Below are positions 45,716 to 53,630 of a stretch of DNA of 64,000 nucleotides, one piece after another; position 1 is the first letter of the stretch; the number at the start of each line of letters is the position of its first letter. The position numbers were made by a program, and so were the translations under genes. The stretch spans positions 21,551 through 85,550 of the forward strand of contig JAMLHN010000004.1 in assembly GCA_023957115.1 (NCBI GenBank), in the 5' to 3' direction. This DNA is from Thermomicrobiales bacterium. Lineage in GTDB: Bacteria; Chloroflexota; Chloroflexia; Thermomicrobiales; UBA6265. Below the pieces are notes generated by a model. The model was given only the letters and a program-made list of their open reading frames with translations, was not told the origin of the DNA and did not search any database.

Positions 45716-46300
45716 CTACTCCGCTTCGGCCGTTGCCGTGTGTTCGGACGATATCTGGGTTGCTCCCTCCTGAGAAATCGAGAAGATCAGACCGAGGTCA
45801 AGTGTGAATTCCCTCAAGAGCGTGGGGCGGACCATGTGATCTCGGCCCAGTACATCCTCGAGCATGAATCGTCCATCGGTTAGTCGCTGAATGCTTATCG
45901 TCGCTTCTACAGGATCGACGATCCAGTACTCCTTGACCCCGTATCGCTCATAGAGCTTTGATTTTCGCAAGTAGTCAACTGATGCCGATGACGGAGAGAC
46001 GATTTCAACGATGAGGTCGGGTTACACCACATCGTTCTCAGACAGGTGAACAACCATCGGCGCGGCGACAACGACACCGAGGTCACGCTCTGTGAGAAAG
46101 GTATCCAAAGCATGCCCCAGTTTCATGGAGATGAATTGGTGTCGAAACGTTGGCGAAGATGACACGAAGAGTTGTCTCCCGATGATCTCGTAGCGGTTTC
46201 GGTCATCGGGGAACGCCCGCAGATCATCCACACGCAATGGACGCTGGAGCACTATCTCGCGGAGCACCTCTGGGATTACATCGAAGTTGGCAACGGTCAT
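45716..46300 (-). pseudogene. second Uma2-family endonuclease with an in-frame TAA
   Basis: One 195-codon frame: ..FPDDRNRYEIIGRQLFVSSSP..SENDVV-TAA(46022-46024)-PDLIVEIVSPSS..KEYWIVDP. The stop replaces the Q of the conserved VVQPD seen in the neighbouring paralogue. Confidence 0.8.
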
Positions 46301-46417
46301 CGTGGCAGCCTGCCTTTCCAGACGTCAGCATCACAATTCTATCTGCTTCTGCAACGCCGGGCGTGCGAAGAGCGTGCTCGATCGGCGCGCAGGGCTCCCA
46401 TCTTTTTCCAGATGGAA

Positions 46418-47665
46418 CTAGACGTAGGCGAGCCGGTAGAGTCCCTCGGCCAGCACCTCGATTCCCAGAACGATGTCGTCGATGGACGAGAACTCGGCAG
46501 GGGTATGGCTGCGGCCGTCCTTGCTACGGACGAAGATCATAGCGACCTCGGCAATCGAGGCCATCTGCTGCGTATCGTGCGCGGCGCCGCTGGCCATCGT
46601 TATGGCGGGGATACCTCGATCCCGCGCCACGTCTTCCAAGAGCTGGACGATCTCGGGACTGCACGGGACGGGTTGATGCTCGCTCGCATACGTCACCGTG
46701 TAGTCGATGTTTCGGCGACTGGCAACCTCGGCAATCAACGCATCTTGTTTGGCATAGAGGCAGGCGCGCGCGTCTGGATCGGGATGGCGCGCGTCGATGG
46801 TGAATTGCACACACTCGGGAATGATGGCCGGAAAATTCGGCTCCGCCACCATCCGGCCAACCGTCGTAACCGCCGGTCGTCCCATGCGATGGGCCGTATC
46901 GATCACCCCCGAGATGATCTCGGCGGCGGCAGCCATGGGATCGCGCCGGAGATCCATAGGGAAAGCGCCGGCATGGTTGGCCGTGCCATGCAGGGTGACG
47001 GTGGCATGCCGAATACCGGTGATGGCATGCACGATGGCCACCGGCACCCCCGCGTGTTCGAGGATCGGTCCCTGCTCGATATGGAGCTCGATGAAGGTGT
47101 CGATGTCATCGCGCCGGGCGGTCGCGACCAGAGCCGGGTCGAGCCCGATCGCCCGCATAGCATCGCCGATCGACTCGCCGGCAAAGCCACGAACCTCTTC
47201 CGCCCGCTCGGGCGTCAGGAGTCCGGTGATCGCCTGAGATCCCCAGAATCTCGCGTCGGGGAAACGACTCCCTTCTTCTTCGCAGAAGGCCAGCACTTCG
47301 ATCGGCCGTTGCGGCAGACCGAACTGCTCGTTCAGAGCCGTGACTGCGATATACCCGGCGATGATGCCGAGGGCGCCATCGTACCGGCCACCTGGTGTCT
47401 GCGAATCGATATGCGATCCTGTGACGATCGCTTTGCCACCTCCGGTGCCATCCAGCCGTCCCCAGACATTCCCGACCGCGTCGTGTGTGACCCTGAGGCC
47501 GGCCGCTTGCAACCAGGCGCCCAGTTCTTGCGTAGCCCCGATCCATTCCGGCGAGTAGACCGTACGCGAGACGCCGGTTTCACCATCGGCGCCAAACTCC
47601 GCCATTCTCCAGATCGCACGCTCCACGCGCGCCGGATCGATTTGGACGCGTGCATCCGTCTTCAT
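46418..47665 (-). CDS. M20-family amidohydrolase (allantoate / N-carbamoyl-L-amino-acid amidohydrolase type)
   Basis: HDAVGNVWGRL, VTGSHIDSQTPGGRYDGALG, FCEEEGSRF. Confidence 0.85.
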   Translation of the reverse strand: MKTDARVQIDPARVERAIWRMAEFGADGETGVSRTVYSPEWIGATQELGAWLQAAGLRVTHDAVGNVWGRLDGTGGGKAIVTGSHIDSQTPGGRYDGALGIIAGYIAVTALNEQFGLPQRPIEVLAFCEEEGSRFPDARFWGSQAITGLLTPERAEEVRGFAGESIGDAMRAIGLDPALVATARRDDIDTFIELHIEQGPILEHAGVPVAIVHAITGIRHATVTLHGTANHAGAFPMDLRRDPMAAAAEIISGVIDTAHRMGRPAVTTVGRMVAEPNFPAIIPECVQFTIDARHPDPDARACLYAKQDALIAEVASRRNIDYTVTYASEHQPVPCSPEIVQLLEDVARDRGIPAITMASGAAHDTQQMASIAEVAMIFVRSKDGRSHTPAEFSSIDDIVLGIEVLAEGLYRLAYV

Positions 47666-48215
47666 ACAGGGACTCCATCACGAGGATCTTTCCGCGGGGC
47701 TTGCTCGCCCAGCCAGCCGGCACGACTGTAAACCAAACGGCGTGACTGGATTCTTGACCGCTTGCGTTTGCCGGGTCCGGCTCATAAGATGGAACGCGGC
47801 GACGTCGAGATTCGCCGCAATGTCCCGGATTCTCTCCGGGCTAGAAACAGGACCGTTTGATGACCACCATGTTGATCCTTGTCGCAAACCCGGGGACGGG
47901 GGAGTAGGCGTTCGCGTTCCACGATTCCAATTCGTTTCCGCACACATTCCTCCTCCTTTGGTCATGAGCCAGCGCGCATGACCGGATGACGCCTCGTTTT
48001 CCCCAGCGTCATCTGTCCCCAGAAATTCGGTAACTCATTTCATCGTCGAACCAGCCCCACCGGCTGGTCATTGGTCATGACCGCAGAGCCGGTCGAGGCG
48101 TCGCTGTGCATGCCGCCCGCCCGGCCTGAATTGGAGGAACCCATGGCAACCGTCCTTGTCCAGCGCGTGAGCGCAGAAGCCTATCTGTCGTCTTCGAAAG
48201 CTGGAGTAGACCGAG

Positions 48216-48680
48216 TTGTCTCGATCAAAAAAGAAGAATTGGAACCACGACGATTATGCTGACGAGCTGGCCCCATTACCTGGCCGGTCGTCACGCCGGC
48301 AGCCGAAGAAGCCGTACCGTGCGCCGTCTCGTCGCCAAACCGAAACCGAAGCGTTCAAATGCGGTCATTGCAAGACCTTTGTCGGTCCGCCGATCAGCGG
48401 CGGGCGGCACCGGAACCATTGCCCGCTCTGTCTCTATTCGAAACATGTCGACTGCACACCGGGTGACCGGAGGAACGAGTGCCGGAGTCTGATGAAACCG
48501 GTCGGCACGGCCTTCCGCCGCAATGGCGAGCAGGTCATCGTGCACGAATGCCTCGGCTGCGGTGACGTGCGCTACTGCCGGGCAGCCGCGGACGACCATC
48601 CACTGGTCTGCATGCGGCTCCCGCCGATGGAGCTCCCGGTTCGCGCACAGGCCGAAGCGCGCGACGAAGCGATCGCCTGA
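48216..48680 (+). CDS. RNHCP-domain protein
   Basis: FKCGHCKTF..GGRHRNHCPLCLYSKHVD..; TTG start uncertain. Confidence 0.75.
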   Translation: MSRSKKKNWNHDDYADELAPLPGRSSRRQPKKPYRAPSRRQTETEAFKCGHCKTFVGPPISGGRHRNHCPLCLYSKHVDCTPGDRRNECRSLMKPVGTAFRRNGEQVIVHECLGCGDVRYCRAAADDHPLVCMRLPPMELPVRAQAEARDEAIA

Positions 48681-48707
48681 GCGCACGGGCGCATTCCCCT
48701 TTTCCGT

Positions 48708-49472
48708 TCAGGAGGGGGAATGCGCTCCAACCGTCGTTTTTTGCGCAACGACCCGCTCGACCAGGACGATGAGCTCGTCGATATGATGGCGCATCGCCCG
48801 CTCGGCACCGCTGTCATCCGCGACAAGAATCGCGTCGGCCACTTGGCAATGTTCTTCGGCAAACCCGAACTGAGCGCCTGCCTCGACGGTGATGACATCG
48901 AGGAGCGTCATGAATGGATCGTCCGCCGATTGGATCAGCAACTCGACGGTTGTCTGCACGATTGGGCTATGCGCCGCCTGGGCAACGGCCAGATGAAAAT
49001 GGAGTGCGTCCGGCTTGCCGTCTTCTCCGACTGCTACGTGGCGTTCGTGGTGGCACGCCAACGCACACAACAGTGCGCGTTCTTCATCGCTGGCACGAAT
49101 TGCGGCCAGACGCGCCGCCTCGCCTTCGACCGCGCGCCGGAGATAGAGGATGTCGGCCAGCTCTTCGGCATCGCTGGCAGTCAGGCGACGCACCAACGCT
49201 GAGCTTTGCTCATCGAGCCGCTCCGCCTGACGAAGCAGCTGCAACTGCCGCCGGCCCTGCTCGGTTATCAACCGTCCCCGCCGTCCGACCCGATGCGTGA
49301 GTCCACGCTCGTCCAGACTGCGCAGAAACCGGCCCGCGGTCGCCTCGGCAACCTCGATTCCCTTGGCCTGAAAGGCCGTGACCAGCCGGGGAGAACCAAC
49401 CGGCTCGGTCTGCGCATCGAGAAGCGCGAGCGCGACCAGCTCCATTTCACGTGCGCGCGGTGCGTTGGGCAT
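48708..49472 (-). CDS. winged-helix + FCD-domain (GntR-like) transcriptional regulator
   Basis: N-terminal wHTH-like region, C-terminal all-helical FCD-like domain (ILYLRRAVEGEAARLAA..FHLAVAQAAHSP). Confidence 0.6.
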   Translation of the reverse strand: MPNAPRAREMELVALALLDAQTEPVGSPRLVTAFQAKGIEVAEATAGRFLRSLDERGLTHRVGRRGRLITEQGRRQLQLLRQAERLDEQSSALVRRLTASDAEELADILYLRRAVEGEAARLAAIRASDEERALLCALACHHERHVAVGEDGKPDALHFHLAVAQAAHSPIVQTTVELLIQSADDPFMTLLDVITVEAGAQFGFAEEHCQVADAILVADDSGAERAMRHHIDELIVLVERVVAQKTTVGAHSPS

Positions 49473-49575
49473 CTGACCTGACCCTCATGATGGTGGCACG
49501 GGCGCGCCAGAGAGCGTCTCCACAGCACTCTGTACTGTACCGGTGTCATGCGATCGGCATGGTATTCCGGTGGGA

Positions 49576-50523
49576 TCAACCATTGCGCTTGCGAACGTAG
49601 CGCTCGATCCCCATCGCGGCCATATATGCCGGCGTGGCCATTTCGTAATTCGCCAGAACTTCCGGATCCGCGCCCCCCAGATCGGCGGTCATCTGCGCGG
49701 TCAGTGCCTGCCGTACGCGATCCTGATCCGCCCCTCGTTCGAAAAGATCGCCCCCAAGTCCAATGAATTTTTCGACCTCGGGCATGACCTGACTCAGGTG
49801 ATATCCGGGATCGTAGACCGGCCCGAAATGGGTCAGGCAGAGACGGCGAGGATGCAATGCTTCCATGCGGGCCACGCTGTTTGCCCAGGCGCCCGGATCG
49901 AGATCAGGCGGTGGCGTTGGCGCGCAGACGTAAGTCTGCCCCGGCATACGCACCCCGCCGACATCGCCGGTAAACAAGGTACCGGTTCCCCGGTCCCAAA
50001 ACGCCACATGGTGCCATGCGTGTCCCGGCGTGAAGTAGACCTGTATGTCACGCCCAGCGACGCGCAGAACCTGCTCATCCTCGAACGGAACGACCTGGTT
50101 TTCCGGAATCGGGGCGAACTCGCCCCAGAGCGGTCCCATCTGGTCACCGTAGATACGGGTGGCGCTGTTGATCAGCTTGGTGGGATCGACCAGGTGGGGC
50201 GCACCGAACGGATGCACATGCACGGTCAATGCCGGATTCTCGCGTGCCAGGAGCCCAGCCGCCCCAGCGTGATCGAGGTGAATATGCGTGACGAAGATGC
50301 GGGTCAGGTCACGCGAGGTAAAGCCGATGCGTCTCATCGCCCGGCGGAGATGGTCGATCGTGGAACCAGGGCCCGTTTCGATCAGCACCAGCTCGTCATC
50401 GCTGACGAGCAAATACGCGGCAACGACCTGCTTTCGGTTTTGGAATCCGAGATCAAGCAGATAGAGCCCATGGTCGAGCTCGTCGACTGACGCTTCCAGC
50501 GTCCATTCCATTGTCTGACTCAT
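49576..50523 (-). CDS. MBL-fold metallo-hydrolase
   Basis: VTHIHLDHAGAAG (HxHxDH); start at M19 of the ORF. Confidence 0.85.
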   Translation of the reverse strand: MSQTMEWTLEASVDELDHGLYLLDLGFQNRKQVVAAYLLVSDDELVLIETGPGSTIDHLRRAMRRIGFTSRDLTRIFVTHIHLDHAGAAGLLARENPALTVHVHPFGAPHLVDPTKLINSATRIYGDQMGPLWGEFAPIPENQVVPFEDEQVLRVAGRDIQVYFTPGHAWHHVAFWDRGTGTLFTGDVGGVRMPGQTYVCAPTPPPDLDPGAWANSVARMEALHPRRLCLTHFGPVYDPGYHLSQVMPEVEKFIGLGGDLFERGADQDRVRQALTAQMTADLGGADPEVLANYEMATPAYMAAMGIERYVRKRNG

Positions 50524-50698
50524 GATTGAGATCCCCCCAAGATCAATCGATGATTTGAGCATACCCCAGCCACTCAACGACTGAGCCGATGCCGAAGTTT
50601 GGACGACCGCCTATAATGGCGGCCGGGAAGGTTCGGGACATGCGCCGGTTTCGCCCCCGCCGGGCCGGCAGCCGCGCAGCCAACAGACGGAGGGAGTC

Positions 50699-51010
50699 GT
50701 GGACGGCGGCGAGTTGCTGACCGTGGCAGATGCCGCGGTTCGTCTAGACCGATCGACTGAACAGGTGCGGCGTTATTTACGCGAAGGCCGCCTGGACGGG
50801 CGACGTATCGGCGGCCAATGGTTCATCGAACAACACGCATTGCACGCCTTCGGCGAGCAAAAACGCGATGGCCGCGTTTTTCTCGACCGGGTCGCCTCGG
50901 CCGCAATGACCGATCCACTCGGATCGACGATCGGCATCGTGGCGGGCGGTGGGAGCAACCTTGCGGAAGGCAAACATGCCTACCGCCTGGCGACATTGCG
51001 GAGGCGTTAA
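50699..51010 (+). CDS. excisionase/MerR-type HTH protein, probable antitoxin
   Basis: LTVADAAVRLDRSTEQVRRYLREGRLDGRRIGGQWFI; GTG start; stop abuts the PIN ATG. Confidence 0.65.
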   Translation: MDGGELLTVADAAVRLDRSTEQVRRYLREGRLDGRRIGGQWFIEQHALHAFGEQKRDGRVFLDRVASAAMTDPLGSTIGIVAGGGSNLAEGKHAYRLATLRRR

Positions 51011-51415
51011 ATGGTTACTCCAATCCGCGCGCGCCAGCGCGCCGCATTCGTCGACTCCTCGGCATTGATCTCGCTCGTAGACCGGGACGATATCACGCAC
51101 CGCGCCGCGGTGGATGCGTACGAATCGCTCAAGCTGGACGGCTACCGCCTGTTCACCAGCAACCACATGGTCACCGAGGCGTACGACATCCTGGCGGGAT
51201 CGCACGGCCACGAGATTGCGCGGACCTGGCTCGACCATATGGAGCTGCCGGTCTATGTTGCCGACTCGGGCGATCTGGAACAGGCGCGGGATCGCGTGCT
51301 TTCGTCACGGAACGCCCTGAACCTCAATGACGCCCTGAGCGTGGTCATCATGCAGCGTCTCGGCGTGGAGGACGCCTTCGCGGTCGACCCGGATTTTCTG
51401 GCAGCACTCGATTAG
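51011..51415 (+). CDS. vapC: PIN-domain toxin (VapC-like)
   Basis: AFVDSSALISLVDRDD.. and C-terminal NLNDALSVVIM..FAVDPDF. Confidence 0.8.
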   Translation: MVTPIRARQRAAFVDSSALISLVDRDDITHRAAVDAYESLKLDGYRLFTSNHMVTEAYDILAGSHGHEIARTWLDHMELPVYVADSGDLEQARDRVLSSRNALNLNDALSVVIMQRLGVEDAFAVDPDFLAALD

Positions 51416-51416
51416 C

Positions 51417-51500
51417 GAGTCCTGAGTCCTGAGTCCTGAGTCCTGAGTCCTGAGTCCTGAGTCCTGAGTCCTGAGTCCTGAGTCCTGAGTCCTGAGTCCT
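51417..51500. repeat. (GAGTCCT)x12 perfect heptamer array
   Basis: 84 bp, no mismatch, starts 2 nt after the vapC stop. Confidence 0.95.
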
Positions 51501-51547
51501 GGGGGATTGTCCAGGATCCAGGGCATCATTTCGCTCCGTGCCGCGAA

Positions 51548-51589
51548 ACCCTGACTCCTAAATCCCAACTCCTGGCTCCTAACTCCTCA
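51548..51589. repeat. heptamer array (ACCCTGA CTCCTAA ATCCCAA CTCCTGG CTCCTAA CTCCTCA)
   Basis: Shares the 19-mer CTCCTAAATCCCAACTCCT with 36549-36567. Confidence 0.85.
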
Positions 51590-51821
51590 AATCGGCCTGT
51601 ACGGTCAGCGTTTGCATCGGTGCTTAGGCATGGTGAACAAGATGTTGTCGTACACAACTACGGTAAATGCGACAACATTGGAGGAGAACTGCACGAACGG
51701 ACCATTTCGAATATCCGTTCGGACCGTTCGCGGGCCTGGGGGTCGGCTACTATTTGTTCAAGCCATTCCGGCTACACCGCCAGCCACGGTGTAGTTGTCC
51801 CCCTTCCCTCGAGTGGTGAAA

Positions 51822-51864
51822 GATACGGCGCGGGGCCAGCAACACCGCGCCGTATCACTTTTTT
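51822..51864 (+). terminator. rho-independent terminator
   Basis: Perfect 12-bp GC-rich stem GATACGGCGCGG/CCGCGCCGTATC, 11-nt loop, then ACTTTTTT. Confidence 0.8.
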
Positions 51865-51990
51865 CAGGAATTTTTCCGCCGGAATGCGCTCCTCGCTTGT
51901 TCAGAACCGGCTACGATATACGCGAACAGGCAAGGCGGATCCACCGGGGATTCCAGGCCACCCGCAACCAGTGAGACGAACATCCCGCCG

Positions 51991-53193
51991 ATGCGTAGCT
52001 CCTACCACCTTCTGAACGTGCGTGGCATTCCCATCCGGGTCCACCTGACGTTCCTCTGGTTCCCGCTCTGGGCGGCGTTCATCTGGAGCGCACGTACCGA
52101 CAGCATGCTTCGCGGCGCCATATTCGGCATCATCGCCGCGCTCCTCCTTTTCCTCTGTGTGACCTTGCACGAGCTGGGGCATGCGTTGATGGCCCAGCGT
52201 TTCGGTATCACCGTCGAGGACATCACCCTGCTTCCCTTCGGCGGTCTGGCCCGCTTGCGCACGATTCCACGCGAACCGAAGAAAGAGCTCGCCATCGCCG
52301 TGGCCGGTCCGCTGGTCAATGTAGTGATCTTCTTTCTCCTCGCGTTCGTCGCCGGGTATGTCTATCGCAACGAAACCACGATCACGCCCGAGTATCTGAT
52401 GGATGAGCTCGACCGGGGCGATGCGCGTGCGATGCTGATCTATCTCATGCTGGCAAACATCATCCTGGTGCTCTTCAATCTGCTCCCCGCCTTTCCTTTA
52501 GATGGCGGTCGTGTGCTCCGCGCGCTCCTGGCGCTCAAGCTCCCATGGAAGACGGCAACGCGCATCGCCGCAGGAGCCGGGTTGGCGTTTGCGGCGATCT
52601 TTGTCATAGGCGCTGTTGCCTCGCGCGATTTCTTTCTGGCGTTGATCGGTTTGATCGTCGGGTACGGCGCCTGGCAGGAACGCTTGATGGCCGAAGCGCA
52701 ACCAACCGAGAAATGGGTGCCGAAAGACCCGTCTCCCATCCCAACCGCACCCGATCTGCGCACAACCGTCGAACGGGCCATGACTGCTCCGCCCCCGGCT
52801 GTTTCGATTATGCAGCGGGTCCGCGAGGTGGCCGATCTAGCCCCGGCCGCTTCGATCGCCGGGGCGCTCCCGGTCATGGACCGTGACGGGTATGTGGCCG
52901 GCACGCTGCCGGCCATGCGCCTGGCAGAGGCATTGCGCGAGCGGCCCGATGCGCCGGTCCTCGAGCTGATGCGCCGCACCTTCCCGATCGCCCGGCCGGA
53001 CGAGCCACTCGCCGAGCAGTGGTACAAGACCACCGCCGAGGATCAGCATTATGTCGTGGTGCTGAAGGACGATGGGCGCCTCGCCGGCTGGCTCACCCGA
53101 GCCGATATCTCGAACGGTATTCGCACCGGTCAGGGAACCACTCCCACGCCAGACGGCAATGCCTGGCACGAGCTCGACCGTGAGTTCGTCTAG
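51991..53193 (+). CDS. M50-family (site-2 protease-like) metalloprotease with C-terminal CBS-like domain
   Basis: TLHELGHAL (HExxH), LLPAFPLDGG, multiple TM, soluble C-terminal domain. Confidence 0.85.
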   Translation: MRSSYHLLNVRGIPIRVHLTFLWFPLWAAFIWSARTDSMLRGAIFGIIAALLLFLCVTLHELGHALMAQRFGITVEDITLLPFGGLARLRTIPREPKKELAIAVAGPLVNVVIFFLLAFVAGYVYRNETTITPEYLMDELDRGDARAMLIYLMLANIILVLFNLLPAFPLDGGRVLRALLALKLPWKTATRIAAGAGLAFAAIFVIGAVASRDFFLALIGLIVGYGAWQERLMAEAQPTEKWVPKDPSPIPTAPDLRTTVERAMTAPPPAVSIMQRVREVADLAPAASIAGALPVMDRDGYVAGTLPAMRLAEALRERPDAPVLELMRRTFPIARPDEPLAEQWYKTTAEDQHYVVVLKDDGRLAGWLTRADISNGIRTGQGTTPTPDGNAWHELDREFV

Positions 53194-53630
53194 TCCAGCT
53201 CCCCGCTTCTGATGGTTGTCCCGTCTGGACAGCGCTGCAAGTTGCTCCATTCTCGGCCCGCGCTCCGACCGTTCGCGTTCACCGGCACAGGGTGTGGCTA
53301 CACCATACGTTGCATTCCCAGCCAGCCGCCCGGATTCGGTGTTATCGCCACTCAACCATTTCGCCCTCGATAAATTGATATTGTTGATAAACTACTCCCT
53401 AATTGCCGGTCAACGATCGTGCGGCGGTAGGAGCGCTTCGAACGACATATGGGTACATCGATTGTGCAGTGGGCGTTCCGACCCAATTATCTTTCCTACA
53501 CCGATCTGCTCGGATCGTCGCATCAGCATCGATCCTGTTGCCCTATGCTTGTTTCATTCCCTCTCGTTTGATCCTCTTCACGTCACGAACACCTTTCGTT
53601 TTATCGACTTCATTTCTACGGAGGACTAAC

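Noticed and set aside
46172-47731. 519-aa plus-strand ORF antisense to the M20 amidohydrolase
   Set aside because: Low-complexity Arg/Gly-rich translation. The minus strand has the conserved amidohydrolase blocks.
50598-50625. CCGCC-TATAAT-GGCGG as a promoter for the HTH-PIN operon
   Set aside because: A perfect TATAAT is present, but the nearest TTGGAC is only 7 nt upstream and there is no -35 at proper spacing. I left it unannotated.
51417-51500. CRISPR array
   Set aside because: The unit is 7 nt with no spacers, and no cas genes are in the window. It is a microsatellite-type array, not CRISPR.
51305-51568. 87-aa ORF containing GLRTQDS repeats
   Set aside because: It is simply the translation of the (GAGTCCT)12 array on the opposite strand. 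It overlaps the PIN gene 3' end and has no RBS.
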